A stretch of 64,000 nucleotides of DNA. Origin: an uncultured bacterium (lineage in GTDB: Bacteria; Planctomycetota; UBA1135; GCA-002686595). Shown here piece by piece: positions 10,125-20,005 of this stretch. The notes beneath the pieces are model-generated. The model did no database searches. It worked only from the letters and a program-made list of their open reading frames with translations, and was not told the DNA's origin. Every line of letters starts with the position of its first letter. Position 1 is the first letter of the stretch. The stretch lies in NCBI GenBank assembly GCA_943787795.1, contig CALSNU010000006.1, forward strand, positions 1 to 64,000, read 5' to 3'. The translations under genes and the position numbers were made by a program.

Positions 10125-11174
10125 TCAGCGGGGGACGTCTTCGACGGTCCCCTCGTCTCGGACTCGCTTCCCGAGCAGGGCGGAGTCGAGGGCGCCGAGG
10201 AGCGCGGCGCCCGCCAGGGCGGCGGCTCCGGCGCCGAGCTCCACGGTGGCGAGGTCATCCAGCTTCGAGGCAACGATGAAGAGCGCGAGCAGGAGGACGT
10301 CGAGCATGGACCCTCGGCGCAGCTCGTCTTCGAGGGCGCAGGCGCGGCGGCTCGGGCGAGTCCTGGACCAGTGCCCGACCCCGGCGGCGAGCGCCCGAGC
10401 AGCAGGAATCAGCAGCATGAAGATGACGAGCCCGAGGGTCAGCCACACCTCCCCGCCTGCGGCCCGTTGGGCGATCGCGCTCGCGATGGAGAGGTCGTGC
10501 TTCAGAAGAATGCTCTTCTGGATGCTGAGCAGCATGAGCAGCGGCGCCGCCGCGAGGCAGAGACTCGCGCCCAAGTGGACGACACGGCCCACCATCGGGC
10601 CCGTGGGCAGGCCCACCCGTGGGCGCGGTGTTCGGTGGGTTGGGGTTGGGGTCGGGGCGCGCAACCTGTCCGGCAGGGCGCCAGCCAGAACCCGCGTGGC
10701 GATGATCCCCGCGACCATGGCGAGCATGAAGACGTGGATGCCTGATCGTGTCTCGCTACGGGTGACGCCGAGCTGGACGGCGCTGACGAAGAGCCCCACC
10801 ACCCAGAAGTCGAGGGTGGACCACCTGCCGGCGGCGTGGAGCCTGCGGAGCATCGAGGCGGATCCGGCGGTGGCGGTGCCTCGCACGGCAATATTCCCGG
10901 CCACGCACAGCTTGAAGAGCGGGAGCACGATGGAGAAGGCGAACACCACGATGCTGAGGACGGGGGTGCCGTCCTCCCAAAGGGCGCGGATGCCCCCCAG
11001 GATCGAATAGACCTCCTCGGGGTAGCCGATGGTCTGGTACCAGATCGTGGGCAGCGTCAGCGCGACGGCCATTCCAGCCGCGCTGGCGCAAAGCAGGAGG
11101 CCGGCGGTGAGTCGGGCCCACGGGGCAACGAGCCAGGGGCCCTCGCCGGCGCTGGGCAGCGCGTTGAGGTCCAC
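10125..11174 (-). CDS. PqiA-like membrane protein with two PqiA repeats (start uncertain; GTG at 11174 chosen)
   Basis: YSILGGIRALW...FSIVLPLFKL...WSTLDFWVVGLFVSAVQL and a second repeat ending SMLDVLLLALFIVASKL resemble the PqiA WSMLDV motif. Confidence 0.65.
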   Translation of the reverse strand: MDLNALPSAGEGPWLVAPWARLTAGLLLCASAAGMAVALTLPTIWYQTIGYPEEVYSILGGIRALWEDGTPVLSIVVFAFSIVLPLFKLCVAGNIAVRGTATAGSASMLRRLHAAGRWSTLDFWVVGLFVSAVQLGVTRSETRSGIHVFMLAMVAGIIATRVLAGALPDRLRAPTPTPTHRTPRPRVGLPTGPMVGRVVHLGASLCLAAAPLLMLLSIQKSILLKHDLSIASAIAQRAAGGEVWLTLGLVIFMLLIPAARALAAGVGHWSRTRPSRRACALEDELRRGSMLDVLLLALFIVASKLDDLATVELGAGAAALAGAALLGALDSALLGKRVRDEGTVEDVPR

Positions 11175-11477
11175 GCGGTCCCCAGGCGGCGGGGTGGCCC
11201 TGCGGGGGGAGGCGCTGGCCTCCTGGGCTGAACCCTGCGGCGATGAGGTCGGGCTTGGGCAGGCGGGGGGGCGGGGCGAATCCAAGGCAGAGTGAGCGAC
11301 GCCGTCGCCCGGAGGGATGCTGTCACCTCGCCACGGGTCATGCAATGACTCTCCAGTGGGGGGCTCGCTGGACCCGCCCCCGATATCGAGCGTGGCGCCT
11401 ATGCTGGGTCGGCAGCGACGGGTGCCGGGTGACCAAGCCCCCGGCAGGGCCCGAGTCCACGCGCTGCCCCTCCTGCC

Positions 11478-12764
11478 ATGACCTTGCACCCCTTCCGACC
11501 GACCCGAAGAGATGTCCTGCGAGCGGGGGTCGCGTCCACGCTGGGCTTCGGTGAGCTTGCTCGCGCGGCGGATGGCGTCGACGAAGGGGCCGCCCCGTCT
11601 GCCCAGGCAGTGATCCAGATATTCCTCCCGGGCGGCCTCGCTCACCAGGAGACGTTCGATCCCAAGCCCTACGCGCCCTTGGCCTACCGCGGAGACGTCA
11701 AGGCCATCCCCACGGCCCTGGACGGGGTTCGGTTCGGGAGCCGCTGCAAGGAGACGGCCAAGGTAGCCGACCGGCTCAGCGTGATCCGCTCGTTCACCCA
11801 CGGTGAGGCGGCCCATGAGCGCGGGGTGCACAACATGATGACCGGCTTCCGGCCGAGCCCCGCCGTGGTCTACCCCAGCATGGGCAGCGTGGTCTCCCAC
11901 GAGCTCGGTGGCCAGCGAGACCTCCCCGCCTACGTCTGCGTACCGCAGCCGCCGAACGTCTATGCCGGGTCGGGCTATCTGTCCTCGTCCTTTGCGCCCT
12001 TCGGGCTCGGCGGCGACCCCGCCTCTCGGTCCTTCAAGGTGAAGGACCTTGACCTCCCGAAGGGTGTCGACAGCGCGCGGTTTGCTCGCCGCCGCGCGAT
12101 GCTCGAGGACGTCAACGGGCACTTCCTCGAGGCGGTGGATGCCGACGAGGTCGGGGCCATGGGGGACTTCTATGAGCGCGCCTACGGACTCCTCGCCTCG
12201 GACACGGCTCGGAGCGCCTTTCGACTCGACCAGGAGCCGGGCAAGCTACGCGACAGGTACGGCCGGGGCGGCGCCGGGCAGCGCCTCCTCATGGCGCGCC
12301 GCCTCGTGGAGAGCGGCGTGCGCTATGTCACGGTGAGCCTTGGTTCCTGGGACATGCACACCAACATCTCGTCGGGGATGCGTCGTCAGTTTCCTTCGGT
12401 CGACCGCGCCTTCGCGACCCTCATCGCAGACCTGGATGACCGTGGGCTCCTGGACAGCACGCTCGTCCTGCTCACCACCGAATTCGGGCGGACCCCGCGC
12501 ATCAACCCCACCGGCGGACGGGATCACTGGCCCCGGGTCTTCTCTGTGGTGATGGCCGGCGGCGGGGTCAAGCGCGGCCATGTCCACGGACGCTCGGACG
12601 CCACGGCCTCAGAGGTGGAGGAGAAGGCCGTCGGGCCGGAGGATCTCGCGCGGACCGTGTATACGCTCATCGGAGTCGACCCCGACCGGACCCTGCTCGC
12701 CGGAGGGAACCGCCCCCTTCAGCTTGTGAAGGGGGGGCGCGTGATTCGAGAGGTGCTCGCGTGA
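11478..12764 (+). CDS. DUF1501 domain protein with Tat signal
   Basis: TRRDVLRAG twin-arginine leader; GGLAHQETFDPKP, LMARRLVESGV, WDMH, EFGRTPRIN, GRDHWP. Confidence 0.9.
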   Translation: MTLHPFRPTRRDVLRAGVASTLGFGELARAADGVDEGAAPSAQAVIQIFLPGGLAHQETFDPKPYAPLAYRGDVKAIPTALDGVRFGSRCKETAKVADRLSVIRSFTHGEAAHERGVHNMMTGFRPSPAVVYPSMGSVVSHELGGQRDLPAYVCVPQPPNVYAGSGYLSSSFAPFGLGGDPASRSFKVKDLDLPKGVDSARFARRRAMLEDVNGHFLEAVDADEVGAMGDFYERAYGLLASDTARSAFRLDQEPGKLRDRYGRGGAGQRLLMARRLVESGVRYVTVSLGSWDMHTNISSGMRRQFPSVDRAFATLIADLDDRGLLDSTLVLLTTEFGRTPRINPTGGRDHWPRVFSVVMAGGGVKRGHVHGRSDATASEVEEKAVGPEDLARTVYTLIGVDPDRTLLAGGNRPLQLVKGGRVIREVLA

Positions 12765-15190
12765 TCGGGCGGTGCCGGCTCTCTCTCGTCGTCGGCGTGG
12801 TGCTGATGGAGCTCTCGAGCGCCCAGGTCCCGACCCTTACATCGGTCCTCCCGAGGGGCGGCCAGCGTGGGACCGAGCTGACCGTCGAGCTCAAGGGGCG
12901 CAAGCTCGGGGGCGCGCTGGACCTGATGTTCAGCGATGGTGCGCTGGAGCTGGTGGAACTCAAGCAGGAGGCCGCGAACCGGATCGAGGCGCGGGTGCGC
13001 GTCCTTGAGGGGGCGCCGCCGGGGCCGCGCTGGGTTCGCGTGCGAACGGCCACCGGCCTCTCCAATCTCCTCAACTTCTCCGTCGGGGCCTTCCCGCACG
13101 TGGAGGAGGCGGAGCCCAACGGTTCTCGCGAAGAGGCCGTGCTGCTGGAGCTTGGAGACGGGGCGTCGGTGACGGTCCGGGGGGTCGCCGACCTCGAGGA
13201 CATGGACGTCTTTCGCGTGGACGGGCGCGCCGGGCAGCAATTGTCCGTGGAGGTGGAGGCCATGCGCATCGGCTCGCGCCTGGACGCGGCGGTCTCCGTC
13301 GTCGACGCGGCGGGCTTCGTGCTCCGCTCGTGCGACGACGTGGCCTTCGCCCGCCAGGACCCGGCCTTCACCGTGGAGCTCCCACGGGATGGGCCGTACT
13401 TCATCCGCGTCCGGCAGGCCACCTACCGAGGGAGCAAGGACGCCCATTACCTGCTGCACGTCGGCGCGTTCCCGCGCCCGTACGCCGTCCTGCCCATGGG
13501 CGGCCCGCCCGGCGAACCGCTCGAGGTGGAGCTGTTGGGTGGGGCCGGGTCGCTCGGGCGCGCCTCGGTGACGGTCCCAAGCGCAGGGACCCACGGGGGG
13601 TGGATCCCCGCGGGCGCGGCGGCGGTGCCGGTTGAGGTGAACGGGATCCCGGCGCCGACCCCCTGCTGGCTGCGGCCCTCGCCGCTCACCAATCACACTG
13701 AGCCGACCGACGGCTCCGTGATGACCATGGCGGTCCCCGGGGCGTTCAACGGCTGCCTCGAGGTGCCCGGTGACACGGACCGCTTCGCCTTCGAGGTGGT
13801 GAAGGGCGAGACCTACGTGGTGGACGTCTGGGCCCGCCGCCTCAGGTCTCCGGTGGACAGCGTGCTCCGGTTGCGCCGTGACCCCTCCAAGGCGCCGGTC
13901 AAGGTCAACGACGACGCCGAGGGGCAGCCCGACAGCGCCATGCAGTTCACCGCGAAGGGCGGGGGCGTGGTGGAGCTCGAGATCCTGGACCAGCTCCGTC
14001 GTGGCGGGCCGGAGTTCACCTATCGGGTCGAGGTCACCCTCCAGGCCCCTTCGATCAAGGTCTCAACCCCTCGACCGATCAAGGCCGCCGCCGTGCCCCG
14101 AGGCGGGCGTGCCCTCGCAATCCTGAGGGTCGAGCGGGAGCGTGTGCCGGGTGAGCTGGAGCGCCACCTGTCCGGGCTCCCGGAGGGCGTGACGGCCACC
14201 ATTCTGGAGCTGCCCCCCGGTTTGGGGGTCCTGCCGATTCTGCTGGAGGCGGCCCCTGACGCACCGCTGGCTCACTCGGAGCTGGAGGTGCGCGTTGAAG
14301 GCGGCGGCGCCTCCGCGGGGATGATGGACGAGCGGACGCTGGTGGAGGGGGCGAACCAGACCTACTTCTGGGCCCAGACCGTCCGGGGTCTTGCCCTCGC
14401 GGTGACCGAGCCGGCGCCCATGGAGCTGTTTCTCGAGATCCCCGACGTGCCGATGCCGCGACGCGGCGCGCTCGACGTCGTCGTCCGGGTGAAGCGGGCC
14501 GAGGGGATCACCGGCCCGGTGACCGCGGCGCTCTCCTACCTGCCACAGGGGGTCACCTCCTCCCGACAGGTCACGATTCCAGCGGGGTCCGATCAGGGGA
14601 CGATCAGCCTCAACACCGCCCCCGACGCGCGGATCGGTCGCTGGAGCATGGTCGTGGAGGGCGGGATCGAGGGCCCGGCGAGCCGGGTGCGCGTCGCCTC
14701 GGCGCCGGCGACCCTGGAGGTCACGCCGCCCTTCCTGACCGGCAAGGCGCAGGCCCTCTCTCTGGCGAGGACCGATTCGGGTCCGCTCCTGGTGGAGGTG
14801 ACGCGGCGCGAGGCGTGTCCGGGCGGCGGCAAGCTCCTGGCCCAGGGTCTCCCGCGCGGCGTGAGCTCCGCGCCGGTGGAACTCGGGGCGGAGCCCGGCG
14901 CCGGCGAGGTGGAGGTCCTCGTGCCCATGGAGGTCGCAGCGGACAGTCCGACGGGCAAGCACTCCGGCCTCGTCCTCAACGCCGTCTTCGAGCTCCCGGG
15001 AGGTCGGGTCGTCCAGTCGGTCGCGAGCGCGGAGCTGCGGATCAAGCGGGCGCCGGCCGCGGCCAGGGCGTCCAAGCCCAAACCAGCACCCGCGCCCGAG
15101 GAGGTTCCCGCGCGTCCCCTGACGCGCCTGCAGAAGCTGAGGGCGGAGCACGCGGAGCATGTGGGCGGAGCCCCGGGGGGGGACCGGTGA
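12761..15190 (+). CDS. Secreted PPC-domain (pre-peptidase C-terminal) repeat protein of the DUF1501 cluster
   Basis: PRGGQRGT start, EAEPN, VEAMRIGSRLD, ARRLRSPVDSVL, NDD motifs; GTG overlaps the DUF1501 stop. Confidence 0.8.
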   Translation: MIGRCRLSLVVGVVLMELSSAQVPTLTSVLPRGGQRGTELTVELKGRKLGGALDLMFSDGALELVELKQEAANRIEARVRVLEGAPPGPRWVRVRTATGLSNLLNFSVGAFPHVEEAEPNGSREEAVLLELGDGASVTVRGVADLEDMDVFRVDGRAGQQLSVEVEAMRIGSRLDAAVSVVDAAGFVLRSCDDVAFARQDPAFTVELPRDGPYFIRVRQATYRGSKDAHYLLHVGAFPRPYAVLPMGGPPGEPLEVELLGGAGSLGRASVTVPSAGTHGGWIPAGAAAVPVEVNGIPAPTPCWLRPSPLTNHTEPTDGSVMTMAVPGAFNGCLEVPGDTDRFAFEVVKGETYVVDVWARRLRSPVDSVLRLRRDPSKAPVKVNDDAEGQPDSAMQFTAKGGGVVELEILDQLRRGGPEFTYRVEVTLQAPSIKVSTPRPIKAAAVPRGGRALAILRVERERVPGELERHLSGLPEGVTATILELPPGLGVLPILLEAAPDAPLAHSELEVRVEGGGASAGMMDERTLVEGANQTYFWAQTVRGLALAVTEPAPMELFLEIPDVPMPRRGALDVVVRVKRAEGITGPVTAALSYLPQGVTSSRQVTIPAGSDQGTISLNTAPDARIGRWSMVVEGGIEGPASRVRVASAPATLEVTPPFLTGKAQALSLARTDSGPLLVEVTRREACPGGGKLLAQGLPRGVSSAPVELGAEPGAGEVEVLVPMEVAADSPTGKHSGLVLNAVFELPGGRVVQSVASAELRIKRAPAAARASKPKPAPAPEEVPARPLTRLQKLRAEHAEHVGGAPGGDR

Positions 15191-17715
15191 GCCTCCCGAC
15201 CTGGGTGGCCCTCGGGGTCGGCCTCTGGGCGGCGACCGGCGACGCGTCGTCGAACGGCGCGGCGGGCGACGGCGCTGCGGCGCCCACGCCTTTGGCGGCT
15301 CCCATGCACGAGGGCACAGGAGCGCGGCGAGCCGCCGCGTCGGCGCCCAGCCTGCTTGTCTATCCCGCGGAGATCTCCCTGAGCTCGGCCCGGGATCGGC
15401 AGCGGGTCCTTGTGATGACCGCGGCCGCAGGCGGGGTCAGCGGCGACCGTTCCGAGGCGGCGGCCTTCGAGATCGCGGATTCCTCCGTGGCGCGCCTCGA
15501 CGGCGCCGAGGTGGTCCCGGTGGCGGCCGGCGAGACCAGCCTCTGGGTGTACGCGCTCGGCCAGGTCCAGGAGGTGCCCATCACGGTCACGGACCCTGAC
15601 CAGAGCCCGCCCATGAGCTTCCAGCTTGACGTGGTCCCGGTCTTGACGGCGCGGGGGTGCAATAGCGGAGCCTGTCACGGGTCGGCGCGCGGCCAGGACG
15701 GCTTCCACCTCTCGCTGTTCGGCTACGACCCTGAGGGGGACCGCGAGCGGCTCGTGGATCAGCTGCCGGGGCGCCGGATCAACCGGGCGGTGCCGGCCCA
15801 CAGCCTGCTGCTGGAGAAGGCCACTGGCGCGGTGCCCCACACGGGGGGCGCCCTGATGGGGGCCGCGGACGCGGACCACGAGACCCTGCTGGCCTGGATC
15901 CGTGAGGGCGCCACCGAGGACGGGAGCGACCTCGCAGAGCTCACGTCCATCGAGCTCTTCCCGCCCGAGGTCCTCCTCGAGGGGGCAGGCCAACGCGTCC
16001 GCTTCATGGTCCGCGCCCGGTACTCCGACGGCACGGACCGGGACGTGACCCCCCTCGCGCGGTTCAGGACCAGCAACGAGGTGACCGCCGAGCCCACTGA
16101 GGACGGCGCGGTCCTGAGCGGTCAGCCCGGCGAGGCCTTCGTGACCGCAAGCTACGGCGTCTTCACGGTGGGCGTGCCGGTCATCGTGCTGGCCGAGGGG
16201 GCCGGCGCGGAGTACGGCGACCCCGCCGACGCCAGCCTGGCGGGGAACTGGATCGATGAGCTGCTGGAGTCCAAGCACCGACGGCTGAGGGTGGCGCCGT
16301 CCACGACGTGTTCGGACGAGGAGTTCATCCGGCGGGTGACCCTCGACACCATCGGGCTGCTCCCGACGGTCGAGGAGCGCGCCGCCTTCCTCGCGGACGC
16401 GCGGCCCCCGGTCGAGAAGCGCTCGGCGCTGGTCGAGGACCTCCTCGGGCGCCGGGAGTTCTCCGACCTGTGGGTCATGAAGTGGGCCGAGCTCCTCGGG
16501 ATCCGATCTGGCAACGACGGGGTCAGCGAGAAGTCCGCGCTGCTCTACTTCGAGTGGATCCGAGATCGCCTCGCGGCCAACGTCCCGGTGGACGAGGTGG
16601 TGCGTCAGCTCCTCACGGCCAGCGGGGGGACCTTCGCCGCGCCCGAGTCCAACTTCTATCAGGTGGAGCGGGACACCCTCGTGCTCACCGAGAACGTGGC
16701 CCAGGCCTTCCTTGGGATCCGCCTGCAGTGCGCGCAGTGCCACAACCATCCCTTCGATCGCTGGACCCAGGACGACTACTACGGCTTCGCCGCCTTCTTC
16801 GCCCAGGTGGGCCGCAAGCGCGCCGAGGATCCCCGGGAGTACGTGATCTACGACCGCCGCGGCGGGGAGGTCCGCCACCCCGTGACCAAGCAGGCGGTGC
16901 GGCCCCGCTTCCTCGGCGGCGAGGCGCCGGAGCTGGGCGGCCGCGACCGCCGCGAGGTGCTCGCCGAGTGGCTCACGTCGCCCGACAACCCCTGGTTCTC
17001 GCGCTCGCTCTCCAACCGCATCTGGGCTCACTTCATGGGCCGCGGGGTGGTGGAGCCGGTGGATGACTTCCGTGTTAGCAACCCGCCCAGCGAGGCCGCG
17101 CTCCTGGACGGTCTCTCCGAGCGGCTGGTGGCGACGGGCTACGACCTGAAGCAGCTCGTGCGTGAGATCACCGGCTCTCGGGCGTACCAGCGCTCCACGG
17201 CCGCCACCGAGGCCAACGCGCAGGACGTCCGCAACTTCACCCGCCAGCAGGTGCGCCGGCTGCGCGCGGAGACCCTGCTCGACGTGGTCTGCCAGGTCAC
17301 CGGGTCGCCCGTGAAGCTCCGGGGCCTGCCGCTGGGGGCCCGAGCGGTCGAGATCGCCGACGGGGCGACGAGCAACTACTTCCTGCAGACCTTCGGTCGC
17401 GCGCAGCGCGAGACGGTCTGCGCCTGCGAGGTGTCCTACGAGCCCTCCCTCTCGCAGGCCCTGCACCTGCTGAACGGCTCCACGGTCTCGCGGCAGATCT
17501 CCAAGGGGGCGGTCATCAAGGACCTGCTCGCCGGCGGGAGCACCCCGCCTGAGGTGATCTCGCTGCTCTACCTGCGCTGTCTCGGCCGCGAGCCTTCGGC
17601 CGAGGAGCTCGCCACCCTGAGCGCCAAGGTGGCGGACGCCCCAGACCTCGAGCCGGCCCTCGAGGACGTGTTCTGGGCGCTCCTCAACTCCCGTGAATTC
17701 CTGTTCCAGCACTGA
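15187..17715 (+). CDS. DUF1549/DUF1553 (PSCyt2/PSD1) protein with Ig-like domains and heme-binding motifs
   Basis: GCNSGACHG, FIRRVTLD, CAQCHNHPFDRWTQDDYY, NRIWAHFMGRGVVEPVDDF, LEDVFWALLNSREFLFQH; GTG at 15187 overlaps the upstream stop. Confidence 0.9.
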   Translation: MSLPTWVALGVGLWAATGDASSNGAAGDGAAAPTPLAAPMHEGTGARRAAASAPSLLVYPAEISLSSARDRQRVLVMTAAAGGVSGDRSEAAAFEIADSSVARLDGAEVVPVAAGETSLWVYALGQVQEVPITVTDPDQSPPMSFQLDVVPVLTARGCNSGACHGSARGQDGFHLSLFGYDPEGDRERLVDQLPGRRINRAVPAHSLLLEKATGAVPHTGGALMGAADADHETLLAWIREGATEDGSDLAELTSIELFPPEVLLEGAGQRVRFMVRARYSDGTDRDVTPLARFRTSNEVTAEPTEDGAVLSGQPGEAFVTASYGVFTVGVPVIVLAEGAGAEYGDPADASLAGNWIDELLESKHRRLRVAPSTTCSDEEFIRRVTLDTIGLLPTVEERAAFLADARPPVEKRSALVEDLLGRREFSDLWVMKWAELLGIRSGNDGVSEKSALLYFEWIRDRLAANVPVDEVVRQLLTASGGTFAAPESNFYQVERDTLVLTENVAQAFLGIRLQCAQCHNHPFDRWTQDDYYGFAAFFAQVGRKRAEDPREYVIYDRRGGEVRHPVTKQAVRPRFLGGEAPELGGRDRREVLAEWLTSPDNPWFSRSLSNRIWAHFMGRGVVEPVDDFRVSNPPSEAALLDGLSERLVATGYDLKQLVREITGSRAYQRSTAATEANAQDVRNFTRQQVRRLRAETLLDVVCQVTGSPVKLRGLPLGARAVEIADGATSNYFLQTFGRAQRETVCACEVSYEPSLSQALHLLNGSTVSRQISKGAVIKDLLAGGSTPPEVISLLYLRCLGREPSAEELATLSAKVADAPDLEPALEDVFWALLNSREFLFQH

Positions 17716-17717
17716 CG

Positions 17718-19913
17718 ATGTGGACCTCCATTCTCCTCGCCGCAGGCGCGGCGATCGCGCCGGATGACGCGGCTCCCCCCAACTTCGCGGACCACATCGC
17801 GCCCGTGCTGCGCGAGAACTGCGTGTCGTGCCACCGGGGCAGCCGCGCCCGTAACGGGCTGGACCTGCGGAGCGTGAAGGCCATCCTCAAGGGAGGGAGC
17901 GCGGGACCAGCGATCATCCCCGGAGACGCCTCCGGCTCGCTGCTCTATCAGGTCATGGCCCACGAGGCCGAGCCCTTCATGCCCCCGGACGAGGAGGCCC
18001 TGGCCCCCGCCGCGGTGCAGCTGGTGGCCGAGTGGATCGACGGGGGCGCGCGGGTGGACGCCAAGGACTCCGGGGCGAGCGCTGCGGCCCCCCAGCAGGC
18101 CGTGGTGGCGCCGCCGCTCCCCTCGGGGAAGGCGCCCATGCCCGCGGGGCTGCCCACCCAGCCGGCCTGGTGGACGGAGCGGAGCGGCGCGGTGATGGCG
18201 GTGGCGGTGAGCCCCGGCGCACCCCTCGCCGCCGTGGCGGGCTTCCGCCAGGTGAGCCTCTACGAGCTCCCGGCAGGGAACCTGCTCGGCGTGCTCCCGT
18301 TCCCCCCGGGTCAGGTCCACAGCCTGCGCTTCAGCACGGGCGGCGAGGTGCTCGTGGCGGGGGGCGGCCGCTCCGCGGACTCCGGGAAGGCCGTGGCCTG
18401 GGACGTGGCCACGGGCCGCGCGTGGGCTGAGGTGGGCGATGAGCCCGACGTCGTCCTCGATGCGGACATCTCGGTGGACCTGGCGCGGATCGCGCTGGGG
18501 GGGCCGGACCGGGTGCTGCGCGTGTTTGACGCTGCGACCGGAGAGCTCGCCTACGAGGGAGGAGGTCACACGGACTGGGTGACGGCGGTGGCGTTCAGCC
18601 CGGACGGTGTGCTCGTGGCCTCGGCGGATCGTGCCGGCGGGCTCTACGTGCGAGAGGCCCTCAGCGGGGAGGAGTTTCACCGCCTGCCTGCGGTGGACGG
18701 CGGGGTGACGAGCCTCAGCTGGCGCGCGGACTCGATGGTGCTGGCGGTCGGTGGCGAGGGCGGGAAGGTCGCGCTCTTCGAGATGGAGAACGGCAAGCGC
18801 ATCAAGAACTTCAGCGCGGGCTCCGGGGTCCTCGACCTCCAATACGGCAGGACCGGGGCGCTGGCTTCCGCCGGGCGGGACGGTGGCTTCAGGGTGCATG
18901 ACGGCAACGGGAAGCAGCGGGCGAAGATGGGCCCTGCGCCCGCGCCCGGGGTGAGCGCGGCGATCTCCGGCGATGGGCGATGGATCCTCGGGGGGGACAG
19001 CGCCGGCCAGGTGCACCTCATCGAGGTGGAGTCCAAGAAGACGGTCGCGACCCTCGCGCCGTTCCCCGCGACGGACGAGGCGCGGGCCTTGCGGGCCGCC
19101 GAGGCGAGGGAGGCCTCCGTGGCCGCGGCGCTTGGCGCGGAGCGGGAACGCTTCGAGGCGGCGGAGGCGGGGCAGGCCGGCGTGGCCGAAGCCGCGGGGG
19201 CCGCGCGACGCGAGGCGGAGGAGGCTGCGGCTCGGGCCGCGGAGGCGAGGGAGGCCGAGGCGGCGGCCGTCGCCGCGCTCCGCGCCGCCGAGGACAAGGC
19301 GGCGGGCTTCGAGCCTGTGCTCCTGGAGTGGAGCCGGGCCCTGACCGAGGCCGAGGCGTTGGTCGAGGTGGCGGCCTCCCGGAAGGCCGCGGACGAGCTC
19401 GTGCTGGCCGAGCGGGTCGCCGAACTGGACCTTGCGCTGCTCCGCCAGGCCGAAGCCCGGGGCGCCGCCGTGGCCGAGGCGGAGGCGGCGGTTGGCGCCG
19501 CACGGGAACGGTTGGACGGCGCCACGGCGCTGCTTCAGCTGGCAGCCGGTGAGGCTGCCCGGGCCACGGTGCTCATGGAGCAGCGGCGGGCCCAGCTCTC
19601 TCGATGGCGGGAGCGAGCGGCGCCCCGGGTGGCCGCGCTCGTGGCCGCGCGGACAGCCTCTGGAGCGGCGTCGGAGCGCGCTCAGGGTGGGGCGCAGGGG
19701 GCCGAGGCCGCGGCGGAGCGAGCCGCGGCGGCAGCCGCCAGCGCTGAAGCGGGAGCGGCGGCTCTTGAGACGGCGGCGGCGGCGCTGGAGTCCGCCGAGC
19801 GAGACGCCGCCTCGCACGCCGCAGTCCTGAACGACGCACGCCGCGCCCATGAGGCACGGCGCGCGGACCTGATGAGGTCGGGCGGGGAGGTCCGTCCGCT
19901 CTCTGCGGACTGA
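17718..19913 (+). CDS. Planctomycete cytochrome c (PSCyt1) + WD40 repeats + Ala-rich coiled coil
   Basis: CVSCH...MPP...WIDGG cytochrome domain; GHTDWVTAVAFSPDG WD40 repeats; long A/E/R-rich helical tail. Confidence 0.85.
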   Translation: MWTSILLAAGAAIAPDDAAPPNFADHIAPVLRENCVSCHRGSRARNGLDLRSVKAILKGGSAGPAIIPGDASGSLLYQVMAHEAEPFMPPDEEALAPAAVQLVAEWIDGGARVDAKDSGASAAAPQQAVVAPPLPSGKAPMPAGLPTQPAWWTERSGAVMAVAVSPGAPLAAVAGFRQVSLYELPAGNLLGVLPFPPGQVHSLRFSTGGEVLVAGGGRSADSGKAVAWDVATGRAWAEVGDEPDVVLDADISVDLARIALGGPDRVLRVFDAATGELAYEGGGHTDWVTAVAFSPDGVLVASADRAGGLYVREALSGEEFHRLPAVDGGVTSLSWRADSMVLAVGGEGGKVALFEMENGKRIKNFSAGSGVLDLQYGRTGALASAGRDGGFRVHDGNGKQRAKMGPAPAPGVSAAISGDGRWILGGDSAGQVHLIEVESKKTVATLAPFPATDEARALRAAEAREASVAAALGAERERFEAAEAGQAGVAEAAGAARREAEEAAARAAEAREAEAAAVAALRAAEDKAAGFEPVLLEWSRALTEAEALVEVAASRKAADELVLAERVAELDLALLRQAEARGAAVAEAEAAVGAARERLDGATALLQLAAGEAARATVLMEQRRAQLSRWRERAAPRVAALVAARTASGAASERAQGGAQGAEAAAERAAAAAASAEAGAAALETAAAALESAERDAASHAAVLNDARRAHEARRADLMRSGGEVRPLSAD

Positions 19914-19990
19914 GGTGATCCTGCGGACTGAGGTGACCCTGCGGACTGAGGTCACCCTGCGGACTGAGGTCGGCCCCGTGGACTGAGGCC
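19903..19990 (+). repeat. 18-bp tandem repeat CTGCGGACTGAGGT(G/C)A(T/C)C, about 4.7 copies
   Basis: Units start at 19903, 19921, 19939 and 19957, with a degenerate copy near 19976; the first unit contains the TGA stop of the WD40 gene. Confidence 0.9.
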
Positions 19991-20005
19991 GGCCCGGGGC
20001 GGTCG

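Noticed and set aside
14593..17712. Long antisense ORFs (1039 aa here; also 17568-19955, 35999-37972, 54923-57013, 60257-62065)
   Set aside because: They lie opposite well-supported genes, are R/G/P-rich and contain no recognisable motifs.
19903..19990. Possible CRISPR array
   Set aside because: Units are 18 bp and contiguous with no unique spacers; no cas genes in the window.
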